64,000 bases of DNA from positions 96,001-160,000 of the forward strand of contig CAVQXP010000002.1 of assembly GCA_963717935.1 (NCBI GenBank), written 5' to 3'. Shown in pieces: positions 48,432-58,594 of the stretch; the stretch's first letter is position 1, and every line of letters starts with the position of its first letter. Below the pieces are notes generated by a model, which saw only the letters and a program-made list of their open reading frames with translations, was not told the DNA's origin and ran no database searches. Both the position numbers and the translations under genes were made by a program. Source of the DNA: Candidatus Eiseniibacteriota bacterium. Lineage in GTDB: Bacteria; Eisenbacteria; RBG-16-71-46.

Positions 48432-49427
48432 TCAGGGGGCCTTGGTCCCGCCGAGGAAGCCCTGCAGCCGGTTCAGCTTGGTCTGCTTGAAGTTCACGGC
48501 CACGTAGAACTGGTCGTAATGCAGTGCTTCCTTTGCCATCGCCGTGGACCAGGAGCCGGCCACGAGGTCGAGGCGGTCATCCACGCGCAGGAGCACGTAG
48601 GGACCCATCAGGTGGATGGTCTGCGCGAGGACGCTGTCCCCATGGGCGAGCGTCGACATCCCCGAGTAGCGGCCGCCGACGAGCAGCGAGCGCGTGACCC
48701 ACCACCCCAGGTCGGCCGACGCGAGGAAGGGGATGGAGTGCGCTTCCGCGGCGTACGAGCGCCGGTTGACCGGCAGCGGATCCCCGGCTGCGTCCAGGAG
48801 GTAGGTCCCGGTCCCCGTGGAGTCCTCCGGCGACAGCGACAGGAAACGGTAGCCGGCGCCCGCACCCATCTGCAGGAAGCCGCGCTTCCCCAGCGGGGTG
48901 CCGTACAGCAGCGAGGCGGAGAGTTGCTGTAATCCGCCGCCGTAGAACGGATCCGCGAACAGCGAGCGGGGACGCGCGGGTATGCCGGCCACCAGGTCCG
49001 CCGGCAGATCCCGCTGGCCGTAGCCGAGCGGCGTCTTCCAGTCGAACTCCAGCGCCAGCGCGGAATTCCCCTGGTGGAGGCCGCGGCGCAGACCGATCGT
49101 GAGATCCTGCAGGCCGGTGCTGGTCTGGCTCCCGAAGGCGTCGCGGCGGGTCACGCTCATCACCGGCGCAGAGAGGACGAAGCTCATCCGCTTCTTCCAG
49201 CCCAGCTCCACCGTGCTGAGGAGCGAGCGCTCCTCCCACTCGCCGCCGAGGGAGACACGGTCCCCGGCGTCGTTGTGGTACGAATTGGCGGAGAACAGCC
49301 CGCCGCGCAGTTCAGTGTAGTACTCGCCCGGAGCAGGCAGCCAGGGCCCGGCCTGGGCCGGGCGGAAGAAACCGGGGGCGATCAGCAAGGACAGGATCAG
49401 GGCGGATGACGCGGCACGCGCGCTCAT
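48432..49427 (-). CDS. Putative outer-membrane beta-barrel protein
   Basis: Signal peptide ending AQA, GPWLPAPG, many amphipathic strands. Confidence 0.6.
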   Translation of the reverse strand: MSARAASSALILSLLIAPGFFRPAQAGPWLPAPGEYYTELRGGLFSANSYHNDAGDRVSLGGEWEERSLLSTVELGWKKRMSFVLSAPVMSVTRRDAFGSQTSTGLQDLTIGLRRGLHQGNSALALEFDWKTPLGYGQRDLPADLVAGIPARPRSLFADPFYGGGLQQLSASLLYGTPLGKRGFLQMGAGAGYRFLSLSPEDSTGTGTYLLDAAGDPLPVNRRSYAAEAHSIPFLASADLGWWVTRSLLVGGRYSGMSTLAHGDSVLAQTIHLMGPYVLLRVDDRLDLVAGSWSTAMAKEALHYDQFYVAVNFKQTKLNRLQGFLGGTKAP

Positions 49428-49591
49428 GGGCGGCGATATCCTCCGAAAAAGGCGTGTAAATGACGACCGGTCCGGGTGACTGTAGCCACGCGGAGTCGCG
49501 CGCGCAAGTGGGGGGCGCTCCCGGGCCGTGGGCGCCGCCAGGCCGGGCAGCGCATGGAACCGGCCCGCCGCATGTGGCACCATCCCGCGTC

Positions 49592-50584
49592 GTGACACCG
49601 CTCACCGTGCTCGAGTTCATCCGCGACGGGGAGGGCGTCTGGACCCTGCCCGCCCGCCTGATCGCGGACCTGGCCCTTCGCCATCCCGGCGTGCGCTTCG
49701 AGTCGCCGTCCGACCGCGCCGCGGCCGAACGGCTGCTCCCCGGGGCCGACGTGGTCTACGGCGTGCTCGTGGACGCGGAGAACTTCCACCTCGCCCGCCG
49801 CCTGCGCTGGATCCATGTCAGCGCCGCGGGCGTGGGCTCCCTGCTCTTTCCGGCCCTCGCCGAGAGCGATGTCGTGCTCACCAACGGACGCGGCCTGCAC
49901 GCCGTCTCGATGGCCGAGCACGCCCTCGGCCTGATGCTGGCCTTCGCGCGCAAGCTCCACCTGGCGCGCGACCTGCAGCGCGAGCGCCGCTGGGACCAGG
50001 TCGGCCTGTGGACGGAGCCGCCGCCCTTCGGACAGCTGGCCGGCGGCACGCTCGGGCTCGTGGGCCTGGGGGCGGTGGGGTCGGCGCTGGCGGAACGCGC
50101 GGCGGCTCTGGGAATGCACGTCATCGCCGTGCGCCCGCACCCCGCTCCCGACCCGCGGCCCGCGCACGAGCAGTGGGGGCTGGGGCGTCTGTCCGAGCTG
50201 CTCGAGCGCGCCGACTGGGTGGCGCTGGCCGCCCCGCACACCGACGCGACCCGCGGGCTGATCGGCGCGGCCGAGCTGGCGCGCATGAGACCCGGGGCGG
50301 TGCTCGTCAACCTGGGCCGGGGCGCGCTGGTGGACGAGCCCGCCCTCGTCGCCGCCCTGCGCGCGGGGCGCATCGCCGGTGCGGCGCTCGACGTGGTGCG
50401 CGGGGAGCCGCTCGCCACCGACAGCCCGCTCTGGGACCTGCCCAACGTGATCCTCACGCCTCATGTCTCGGGGCTCGGACCGCTCTACTGGGAGCGCGCG
50501 GTCGAGCAGTTCGCCGGGAACCTCGAGCGCTTTCTCGCGGGGCGGCCGCTCCTGAACGTGGTGGACAAGCGGGCGGGATACTAG
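49592..50584 (+). CDS. D-2-hydroxyacid dehydrogenase family
   Basis: GLGAVG Rossmann motif, NLGRG, LDV, EPL, TPH. Confidence 0.92.
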   Translation: MTPLTVLEFIRDGEGVWTLPARLIADLALRHPGVRFESPSDRAAAERLLPGADVVYGVLVDAENFHLARRLRWIHVSAAGVGSLLFPALAESDVVLTNGRGLHAVSMAEHALGLMLAFARKLHLARDLQRERRWDQVGLWTEPPPFGQLAGGTLGLVGLGAVGSALAERAAALGMHVIAVRPHPAPDPRPAHEQWGLGRLSELLERADWVALAAPHTDATRGLIGAAELARMRPGAVLVNLGRGALVDEPALVAALRAGRIAGAALDVVRGEPLATDSPLWDLPNVILTPHVSGLGPLYWERAVEQFAGNLERFLAGRPLLNVVDKRAGY

Positions 50585-51225
50585 AGCGACGGACGCGGCC
50601 GGCCCGCGACCAGCACCGTGGCGGGCACGGACGAGCGGCTGGCGTAGGAGTGCTCGCAGTGGGCGCGGAAGTGGATGGAGTCGCCCTCGCGCAGCACGTA
50701 GGGCTCGCCGTCCACGCGCACCTCCACCGTGCCGGTGAGCGCCGTGGCCCACTCCTCGCCCTCGTGCTGGTGGCGGAAGGTGGGTTCGTGGCCGGGGGGG
50801 AGCATGAGCAGTTGCGCGCCCAGCACGGCTCCCAGCGCCGGTCCGGTCACGGGTTCGACCGTCGCCGTCCCCAGGCGCAGGCGGCACGCCGCACGCTCGG
50901 CGGCGCGCATCAGCGACACCTCGGGCAGCACGTGCGGTTCCAGCAGGGAGGCGGGCCTCATGCCCAGGGCGCGCGCGATGCGCCCCAGCGCGCCCACGGT
51001 CGGCGACGCGCGACCGCGCTCGATCTCGGAAACGTGCGTGGCCGAGATGCCGCCGCGCAGCTCGAGGTCCTTCAGCGTGAGCCCGTGCGCGATGCGCAGC
51101 ATCTTGATGCGGTGCCCGAGCTCGGCGGGCGAGGGATCGCGCGGACGGAGGTCCGTCCCCTTCGCGCCGGGCGGCTCCGGTGACGCGGGCGACGGGTGAC
51201 GGGGCGGAGGCGTGCCTCGTGGCAT
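50581..51225 (-). CDS. XRE-family HTH-cupin regulator
   Basis: SATHVSEIERGRASPTVGAL; HQHEGEE...EH. Confidence 0.9.
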   Translation of the reverse strand: MPRGTPPPRHPSPASPEPPGAKGTDLRPRDPSPAELGHRIKMLRIAHGLTLKDLELRGGISATHVSEIERGRASPTVGALGRIARALGMRPASLLEPHVLPEVSLMRAAERAACRLRLGTATVEPVTGPALGAVLGAQLLMLPPGHEPTFRHQHEGEEWATALTGTVEVRVDGEPYVLREGDSIHFRAHCEHSYASRSSVPATVLVAGRPRPSL

Positions 51226-51226
51226 G

Positions 51227-51805
51227 TCAGCCGGTCTCCTCGATCCGGTGCGTGAGCAGGGTGATCACTTCGGCCGGGTCTTCCCCCAGCGCGCGCAGCA
51301 CGTGGTCGCACCGGAGCAGGCCCTGCACCGCGTCGCCCGGCTCGAGGGTCAGATGGGTCTCGCCGAACGTGGCCTCGACGCGACCCTGACGCACGAGGTA
51401 GAGCGCCTCGCCCGGGGTCTCCCGGGATGCGAGCGTGAAGGGCCCGGCGGGCGGGACCCCGAGGCTCAGCCGGTAGGCGAAGAGACGGCTGCCGGGCACG
51501 CCCGGCGTGAGCGGCTCCACGCAGGTGCCGCACGCCGTCAGGAAGCCCGCGAGCCTCTCGCGCGGCAGGTGCGCCACGTCGCGCAACTCCTCCGCCTCGA
51601 TGAAATAGGACACGTCCCGGCCCAGGGCCCGCGCGATGCGTGTCAGCGCGCCGACGGTGGGCGAGGTGCGCCCGCGCTCGATCTCGGAGAGGTGCGTGGC
51701 GGAGAGCCCGCTGACCTCCTCCACCTGCTTGAGCGTCAGGTGCCGCTCCGCACGCAGGCCGCGGATGCGCCGTCCCAGCTCCTCGTTGCCGACGATCGAG
51801 TTCAT
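51227..51805 (-). CDS. XRE-family HTH-cupin regulator (paralogue)
   Basis: SATHLSEIERGRTSPTVGAL; degenerate cupin. Confidence 0.88.
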   Translation of the reverse strand: MNSIVGNEELGRRIRGLRAERHLTLKQVEEVSGLSATHLSEIERGRTSPTVGALTRIARALGRDVSYFIEAEELRDVAHLPRERLAGFLTACGTCVEPLTPGVPGSRLFAYRLSLGVPPAGPFTLASRETPGEALYLVRQGRVEATFGETHLTLEPGDAVQGLLRCDHVLRALGEDPAEVITLLTHRIEETG

Positions 51806-51978
51806 CGCGGGCTGCGCGGTGCGTCAGCGAGGGTGGAAACGTGGATGTCCAGGCAGGGCCGGCCGTTCTCCTGCAGGGGAAACCGTGGGATCTTCATCGA
51901 GTCCGCCATGGGCGCATGACTTCGCTCTCGTGGCGGCCAGCCGGGGGCCTGCAGGTGGCCGGGGGATCAGGCACGCGG

Positions 51979-52124
51979 AGTCTGCCACAGCGTTTCGCGG
52001 AGCGTCAAGGAACGCGCGCCGCGCCGCGCGCTCGCCAGGCAGCGGACTCGACGTCGCTCGTCCCGCGATGCGACGGAAGGATACCGCCATTGCCTTGACA
52101 CCCCGCGCCCGCCCCGGGCAGACT
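51979..52124. promoter_or_regulatory. Back-to-back candidate promoters
   Basis: Minus: TTGACG-N18-CAGACT (52008-51979); plus: TTGACA-N18-CAGACT (52095-52124). Confidence 0.55.
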
Positions 52125-52242
52125 GCGCCGCCGGAGTGACCGTGATGGTCCGACGCCGGGTACGCCCGCGCTTCGCGGAGGCGCCGGGCTGCATCGTGAG
52201 TGCTGGAGTCCTGCCGCGTGTTCGTGGCCGGGCGATCCCGAG

Positions 52243-53001
52243 GTGCGCGTGATCCAGGTGGTCTGCATCAAGCAGGTGCCCGACACCGAGACCCGGGTCA
52301 AGGTGGCCGCCGATGGCCGCAACCTCGACCCCGCCGGCGTGACGTGGGTGCTCAACCCCTACGACGAGTACGCTGTGGAGCAGGCGCTGCGCGTCCGTGA
52401 TCAGCAGGGTGGGGGCGAGGTGGTGGCGGTCTCCGTGGGGGGCCCCGGGGTGCTGAGTGCGCTGCGCAACGTGCTGGCGCTCGGCGCCGACCGCGCGGTC
52501 CACCTCAAGACCGACGTGACGGCGCCCGACCCGCTGAGCCTGTCCCGCGCGCTGGCCGCCGAGTTGCGCGGCCTGGACGCCGGCCTGGTCTGGTTCGGCA
52601 AGCAGGCGGTGGACGACGACCAGGCCCAGGTGGGCCCGATGACGGCGGAATTGCTGGGCCTGCCCTGCGCGACCGTGGCTGCGACCTTCGTCCTCGAGGG
52701 CGACCGGGCCACGGTGGAGCGCGAGATCGAGGGCGGCCGCGAGGTCGTGGAGTTGACGCTGCCGGCCGTGGTCACGGCGGAGAAGGGCCTGAACGAGCCG
52801 CGCTACGCCTCGCTCAAGGGCATCATGGCTGCCAAGAAGAAGACGATCGAAGAGAGGCCTGCCGAGTTGGGCGAGCCCAGCCTCGAGGTCGTGGCTCTGG
52901 TGTTGCCGCCGCCGCGGGCCGCGGGCCGCATCGTCGGGCAGGGCCCGCAGGCGGTGGCCGAGCTGGTGCGGGTGCTGCGCGAGGACGCGAAGGTCATCTA
53001 G
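52243..53001 (+). CDS. etfB: Electron transfer flavoprotein beta subunit
   Basis: CIKQVPD, NPYDEYAVE, GKQAVD, NEPRYASL. Confidence 0.95.
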   Translation: MRVIQVVCIKQVPDTETRVKVAADGRNLDPAGVTWVLNPYDEYAVEQALRVRDQQGGGEVVAVSVGGPGVLSALRNVLALGADRAVHLKTDVTAPDPLSLSRALAAELRGLDAGLVWFGKQAVDDDQAQVGPMTAELLGLPCATVAATFVLEGDRATVEREIEGGREVVELTLPAVVTAEKGLNEPRYASLKGIMAAKKKTIEERPAELGEPSLEVVALVLPPPRAAGRIVGQGPQAVAELVRVLREDAKVI

Positions 53002-53017
53002 GGGGCGGGGGGCAAGG

Positions 53018-53995
53018 ATGAGCATCCTGGTCTTCATCGAGCAGCGCGACGGTCAGCTGCGCGCGGTCTCGCGCGAAGCGCTGGGCGAGGCCACGCGTCT
53101 CGCGGCCACGCTGGGCGGGCCCGTCGTGGGCGTCTGCCCGGCCGCGGCGGACCCGGGCCTCGCCGCGCTGGGCGAGGCGGGCGCGGAACGCGTGCTGCTC
53201 GCCGCGCATCCGGCCTTCGCCGTCTATGACGCCGCCGGCTACGCCCGCGCCGTGGCGGCCGCGGCGGAAACGCTGAAGCCGGCGGTCGTGCTGTTCGGTG
53301 CCTCGACGATGGGCCGCGACCTGGCGCCCCGCGTGGCTGCGCGCCTGGGGGCGGGACTCGCCACCGACTGCACCGCGCTGACCGTCGAGGATGGGCGCCT
53401 GGTGGCGTCGCGGCCGGTCTTCGCGGGCAAGGCGCTCCAGAAGGTGGCCTTCCCGAAGGCTCCGGCCCTCGCCTCGCTGCGTCCCAAGGTGTTCGCACCG
53501 GTGGCGCTCGGTGGGAAGAGCGCGGCCGTCGAGCCGATGGCGGTGGACTTCGACGCGGCTGCCTCGCGCGCGAAGGTGCTGCGCGTGACCGCGGCGGGTG
53601 CGGGCAAGGTGGACCTGACCGAAGCCGAGGTCATCGTCTCGGGCGGGCGCGGCATGAAGGGCCCGGAGCACTTCCGGCTGCTCGAGGACCTGGCCGCGGC
53701 GCTCGGCGCGAGCGTCGGCGCGTCGCGCGCCGTCGTGGACGCGGGCTGGCGGCCGCACTCGGAGCAGGTGGGGCAGACCGGCAAGACGGTCTCGCCGAAG
53801 CTGTACGTGGCGGTGGGCATCTCGGGCGCCATCCAGCACCTGACCGGCATGACGTCCTCGCGCTGCATCGTGGCGATCAACAAGGACGCCGAGGCCCCCA
53901 TCTTCAAGGTGGCGGACTACGGGATCGTGGGCGACCTCTTCGAGGTCCTGCCGGCGCTCACGGAAGCCGTGGAGAAACTCAACGCGCACCCCTGA
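53018..53995 (+). CDS. etfA: Electron transfer flavoprotein alpha subunit
   Basis: SGGRG, GASRAVVD, QVGQTGK, GISGAIQH. Confidence 0.96.
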   Translation: MSILVFIEQRDGQLRAVSREALGEATRLAATLGGPVVGVCPAAADPGLAALGEAGAERVLLAAHPAFAVYDAAGYARAVAAAAETLKPAVVLFGASTMGRDLAPRVAARLGAGLATDCTALTVEDGRLVASRPVFAGKALQKVAFPKAPALASLRPKVFAPVALGGKSAAVEPMAVDFDAAASRAKVLRVTAAGAGKVDLTEAEVIVSGGRGMKGPEHFRLLEDLAAALGASVGASRAVVDAGWRPHSEQVGQTGKTVSPKLYVAVGISGAIQHLTGMTSSRCIVAINKDAEAPIFKVADYGIVGDLFEVLPALTEAVEKLNAHP

Positions 53996-54034
53996 GCCGG
54001 GCAGTCGCCGGCCGGGAGCGCAGGGTGGAGTCGA

Positions 54035-54388
54035 GTGACCGAGTATCTGCCGATCCTGATCGCGCTGCTGGTCGCCGTGGGCTTCGTCGTGGTCGTGATG
54101 GTCGCGTCCTCGCTCGTCGTCCCCATGCGGCGCAACGCGATCAAGAACAGCCCCTACGAGTGCGGCATCGAGCCGGTCGGTGGCGCCCGCCAGCGCTTCC
54201 CGGTGAAGTTCTACCTGGTCGCGGTGCTCTTCATCCTGTTCGACATCGAGGCGGTCTTCCTCTACCCCTGGGCCGTGAGCTTCCGCCAGCTCGGACTGTA
54301 CGGGCTGATCGAGATGGTGCTCTTCATCGTCATCCTGTTCGTCGGTTACCTGTATCTGCTGAAGAAGCGGGCGCTGGAATGGGAGTGA
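54035..54388 (+). CDS. nuoA: NADH-quinone oxidoreductase subunit A
   Basis: PYECG, FDIE, LEWE. Confidence 0.96.
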   Translation: MTEYLPILIALLVAVGFVVVVMVASSLVVPMRRNAIKNSPYECGIEPVGGARQRFPVKFYLVAVLFILFDIEAVFLYPWAVSFRQLGLYGLIEMVLFIVILFVGYLYLLKKRALEWE

Positions 54389-54431
54389 GCCGGGTGGTCG
54401 TCCCCGTCGGCCCCCGCGCCGGAGGCGTGTC

Positions 54432-55040
54432 ATGACGGAGCGCAGGGAACCCGGAGCCGCCGACCCCCTGCGGATCCTCGGGGCACTGCCGTCGCCGCCG
54501 GTCGGCGAGGAGGACGCGCTGCGCGAGGAGCTCGAGCGCGCCCTGTTCTTCACGAAGGCCGACAGCCTGATCGGCTGGGCGGTGAACCAGTCGCGCGCGA
54601 ACTCGATCTGGCCGCTGGGCTTCGGCCTCGCCTGCTGCGCCATCGAGATGATGTCCACGCTCGGCCCGGGCTTCGACCTGTCGCGCATGGGCGCCGAGGT
54701 CATGCGGCCCTCGCCGCGGCAGGCGGATCTCATGATCGTGGCCGGGCGCGTGAGCCTCAAGATGGCGCCGGTGCTGCGCCAGCTCTACGAGCAGATGCCC
54801 GACCCCAAGTGGGTCATCTCGATGGGCGCCTGCGCCTCCTGCGGCGGGATCTTCAACAACTACGCGATCCTGCAGGGCGTGGACAAGATCGTGCCCGTGG
54901 ACGTCTACGTGCCCGGTTGTCCGCCGCGGCCCGAGGCGCTCATCTACGGCATCATCAAGCTGCAGGAGAAGATCCTCGCCTCGGGCGTCGAGCTCGGGCC
55001 GCTCTGGCGCCGGAGCCGGAAGAAGAAGGGGGCCGCGTGA
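54432..55040 (+). CDS. nuoB: NADH-quinone oxidoreductase subunit B
   Basis: [23 protein letters not shown]. Confidence 0.96.
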   Translation: MTERREPGAADPLRILGALPSPPVGEEDALREELERALFFTKADSLIGWAVNQSRANSIWPLGFGLACCAIEMMSTLGPGFDLSRMGAEVMRPSPRQADLMIVAGRVSLKMAPVLRQLYEQMPDPKWVISMGACASCGGIFNNYAILQGVDKIVPVDVYVPGCPPRPEALIYGIIKLQEKILASGVELGPLWRRSRKKKGAA

Positions 55041-55603
55041 CGCCGCTGACCCCGGAGCGCATCGAGGAGCGGCTGCGCGAGCGCTTCCCCGGCGTGGAGT
55101 TCCGCCGCCAGAGCGGCGAGGCGGTGCGCGACCACACGATCCACCTGCCGGCCGGGAACCTGGTCGAGGTCTGCACCTTCCTGCGCGACGACCCGGAACT
55201 GGACTTCGCCATGCTCTCGTGGATCTCCGGCGTGGACTGGCTGCCCCGCGAGCCGCGCTTCGAGGTGGTCTACGGGCTGCTCTCGCTCTCACGGGCCGTG
55301 CGCCTGCATCTCAAGGTGCGGGTCGGGGAGGAGAACCCGCGCGTCCCCACGGTCACCGGCGTGTGGCCCACGGCCGACTGGCTCGAGCGCGAGACCTGGG
55401 ATTTCTACGGGATCGAGTTCGCCGGGCATCCGAACCTGGTGCGCATCCTGCTGCCCGAGGGCTGGGTGGGCTGGCCGCTGCGCAAGGACTCGCCGCTGGG
55501 CTACGAGGAGGTGGCCTTCACGCACAACACGCCGGACCGCGAGAAGCCCTCGCCCGGGCTCAGGAAGCTCGGGCCGAAGAAGGTGAGATACCGTGCGCAG
55601 TGA
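55037..55603 (+). CDS. nuoC: NADH-quinone oxidoreductase subunit C
   Basis: [27 protein letters not shown]. Confidence 0.95.
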   Translation: MTPLTPERIEERLRERFPGVEFRRQSGEAVRDHTIHLPAGNLVEVCTFLRDDPELDFAMLSWISGVDWLPREPRFEVVYGLLSLSRAVRLHLKVRVGEENPRVPTVTGVWPTADWLERETWDFYGIEFAGHPNLVRILLPEGWVGWPLRKDSPLGYEEVAFTHNTPDREKPSPGLRKLGPKKVRYRAQ

Positions 55604-56772
55604 GACGATGATCCTCAACATGGGGCCCCAGCACCCCGCGACCCACGGCGTGCTGCGCGTGGCGCTGGAGCTGGACGGCGAGACCATCGTCAGGGCCCAG
55701 CCGGTCGTCGGCTACCTGCACACCGGCATGGAGAAGCAGGCCGAGTACAAGACGTACACGCAGTCCATCCCCCAGACCGACCGGATGGACTACCTGGCGC
55801 CCATGTCGAACAACCTGGGCTTCTGCCTGGGAGTGGAGAAGCTGCTCGGCATCGGGCCGCCGCCGCGCGCCCTGCACGCGCGCGTGCTGCTCACCGAGCT
55901 GACGCGCCTCGCGTCGCACCTGGTGTGGCTCGGCACGCACGCGATGGACATCGGCGCGATGTCGATGTTCTTCTACACCTTCCGCGAGCGCGAGCGGATC
56001 CTGGGCATGTACGACCAGGTGTGCGGCGCGCGCATGACCGCCACCTACTTCCGCGTGGGCGGCCTGGCGATGGACCTGCCGGCGGACTTCCTCGAGCGGG
56101 TGAGCCGGTTCCTGGACACCATGCCCGCGCACTTCGCCGAATACGAGAAGCTGCTCACCGGCAACCCCATCTGGCTGGCGCGCACCAAGGGCGTGGCTCT
56201 GCTCTCGAAGGAAGACGCCATCGCGCTGGGGGTCACGGGCCCGGTGCTGCGCGGCTCGGGCGTGAAGTGGGACCTGCGCAAGAGCATGCCCTACGCCGGC
56301 TACGACCAGTACGACTTCGAGGTCCCGGTGGGGGAGCACGGCGACGCGTTCGACCGCTACCTGGTGCGCCTCGAGGAGATGCGCCAGGCCGTGCGCATCT
56401 GCCGCCAGGCGATCGCGAAGCTCCAGCGAGATCGGCCCTGGCGACTACCGCCTGCGCGACTACAAGTACGTGCTGCCGCCCAAGGAGGACGTGAAGACCT
56501 CGATGGAGGCCCTGATCCACCACTTCAAGATCGTGGCGCATGGTTTCTTCCCGCCGGTGGGCGAGGCCTACCAGGGCATCGAGGCGCCGAAGGGCGAGCT
56601 GGGCTTCTATTTCGTCTCGGACGGCACGCCGAAGCCCTGGCGGATGAAGGTGCGCTCGCCGTCCTTCACGAACCTGCAGGCCTTCGACACCATGGTCCGC
56701 GGCCGCCTGATCGCGGACGTCATCACGACCATCGGCACGCTCGACATCGTGCTCGGCGAGGTGGACCGGTGA
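55593..56772 (+). CDS. nuoD: NADH-quinone oxidoreductase subunit D; +1 frameshift near 56427
   Basis: [20 protein letters not shown]-terminal EAPKGE...GEVDR in ORF 56470..56772. Confidence 0.95.
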
Positions 56773-57290
56773 GCGGCGCGCCCGCACCGCACGCCGCGCC
56801 GGCCGGGCCCACCGGGCCCGTCGCATGGCCCGCGGCCCTGCAGCCGAAGGTCGAAGAAGCGCTCGCGCACTACCCGAACCGGCGCTCGGCCATCCTGCCG
56901 CTGCTGTGGATCGCCCAGCGCCAGTGGGGCTGGCTCCCGCCCGAGGTGCTGCGCCTGGTCGCGCGCACGGTCGAGCTGCCGGATCCCGAGGTGTTCGGGG
57001 TGGCGACCTTCTACACCATGTTCAACCTGAAGCCGGTGGGGAAGTACCACCTGCAGGTCTGCATGACGCTGCCGTGCTCGCTGATGGGCGCCGACCGCCT
57101 GTTCCAGCACCTCAGCCGGAAGCTGGGCATCGGCCACGGCGAGACCACGCCCGACGGCCGCTTCACCCTGCGCCGGGTGGAGTGCCTGGCCGCCTGCGGC
57201 GGCGGGCCCTGCCTGCAGGTGAACGAGGAGAAGTTCCACGAGAACCTCGACGAGGCCGCGGTGGACCGCCTCCTGGAGACGCTCAAGTGA
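56769..57290 (+). CDS. nuoE: NADH-quinone oxidoreductase subunit E
   Basis: VATFY, CMTLPC, ECLAAC [2Fe-2S] ligands. Confidence 0.93.
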   Translation: MSGAPAPHAAPAGPTGPVAWPAALQPKVEEALAHYPNRRSAILPLLWIAQRQWGWLPPEVLRLVARTVELPDPEVFGVATFYTMFNLKPVGKYHLQVCMTLPCSLMGADRLFQHLSRKLGIGHGETTPDGRFTLRRVECLAACGGGPCLQVNEEKFHENLDEAAVDRLLETLK

Positions 57291-58594
57291 ACACTCCGCG
57301 GGGTCCTCTCCTCTTCAAGGACATCGACACGCCCGGACTCGCCGGGCTGGAGACCTACCGGCGCCTCGGCGGTTACGCCACGGTCTCGAGCGCGCTCGGC
57401 AAGCAGACGCCCGACCAGTGCATCGAGGTGGTGAAGGCCTCCGGCCTGCGCGGGCGCGGCGGCGCCGGGTTCCCCACCGGGCTCAAGTGGAGTTTCGTGC
57501 CGAAGGGGACCGAGCGGCCGAAGTACCTGGTCTGCAACGCCGACGAGAGCGAGCCGGGGACGTTCAAGGACCGCGAACTCATCGAGAAGAACCCGCACGG
57601 CCTCATCGAGGGCATGATCCTCGCCGGCTGGGCCATCCAGGCGAACACCGGCTACGTCTACCTGCGCGGCGAGTTCGGCTGGCTGCAGCGGATCCTCGAC
57701 CAGGCCATCGCCGAGGCGTACGCGGCCGGCCTGCTGGGCCGGGACGTCGCCGGGACCGGCTTCCGCTTCGATCTGCACACGCACCTGGGCGCGGGCGCCT
57801 ACATCTGCGGCGAGGAGACCGCGCTGCTCTCGTCGCTCGAGGGCTGCCGCGGGCAGCCGCGGCTGAAGCCGCCGTTCCCCGCGGTCGAAGGGCTCTACCG
57901 CTGCCCGACCATCGTCAACAACGTCGAGACCCTGCTGAACGTCCCGCACATCCTGGGGCAGGGCGCAGCGTGGTACCGCCAGTGGGGGACCGAGAAGAGC
58001 GCAGGGACCAAGATCTTCAGCGTCTCGGGCCCGGTGAAGCGCCCCGGCAACTACGAGCTGCCGCTCGGGGTGCCGCTGCGGGTGCTGCTCGAGGAGCACT
58101 GCGGCGGGATGCGCGATGGCCTGAAGCTGAAGGCCGTGATCCCGGGCGGCTCGTCGGTGCCGCCGTTGCCGGCCGGCCTGCTCGACACGCCCCTGGACTT
58201 CGAGTCCATGAACGCCGCGGGCACGTTCCTCGGCTCGGGCGGCGTCATCGTCATCGACGAGCAGACCTGCATGGTGGACTCGCTCTGGAACCTGATCCGC
58301 TTCTACGCGCACGAGTCGTGCGGCAAGTGCACGCCCTGCCGCGAGGGCACCTACTGGATGACCGGGATCCTCGAGCGCCTCGAGCACGGCCAGGGCCGCG
58401 CCTCCGACATCGATCTGCTCGCGGACCTGGCGGACAACATCCTGGGCCGCTCCTTCTGCCCGCTCGGCGATGCCGCGGCCATGCCGGTCCAGGGCTTCCT
58501 CAAGCACTTCCGCGCGGAGTTCGAGCACCACGTCGAGCAGAAGCGCTGCCTGGCGAACCGGCGCCGCGAGTCGCGGACGGAGGTCCCGGCATGA
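57287..58594 (+). CDS. nuoF: NADH-quinone oxidoreductase subunit F
   Basis: GRGGAGF, NADESEPG, YICGEET, CGKCTPC. Confidence 0.97.
   Translation: MNTPRGPLLFKDIDTPGLAGLETYRRLGGYATVSSALGKQTPDQCIEVVKASGLRGRGGAGFPTGLKWSFVPKGTERPKYLVCNADESEPGTFKDRELIEKNPHGLIEGMILAGWAIQANTGYVYLRGEFGWLQRILDQAIAEAYAAGLLGRDVAGTGFRFDLHTHLGAGAYICGEETALLSSLEGCRGQPRLKPPFPAVEGLYRCPTIVNNVETLLNVPHILGQGAAWYRQWGTEKSAGTKIFSVSGPVKRPGNYELPLGVPLRVLLEEHCGGMRDGLKLKAVIPGGSSVPPLPAGLLDTPLDFESMNAAGTFLGSGGVIVIDEQTCMVDSLWNLIRFYAHESCGKCTPCREGTYWMTGILERLEHGQGRASDIDLLADLADNILGRSFCPLGDAAAMPVQGFLKHFRAEFEHHVEQKRCLANRRRESRTEVPA

Noticed and set aside
52125..52242. Riboswitch in the etfB leader (also 10440-10780)
   Set aside because: Only short GC hairpins; no recognisable FMN, SAM, TPP, cobalamin or glycine aptamer motifs
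55593..57290. Apparent NuoD-NuoE fusion (565 aa)
   Set aside because: Artefact of the +1 frameshift at about 56427; NuoD ends GEVDR at 56772 and nuoE has its own GTG
57418..58590. N-terminal extension of the 1291-aa ORF
   Set aside because: Off-frame shadow of nuoF; NuoG starts at ATG 58591
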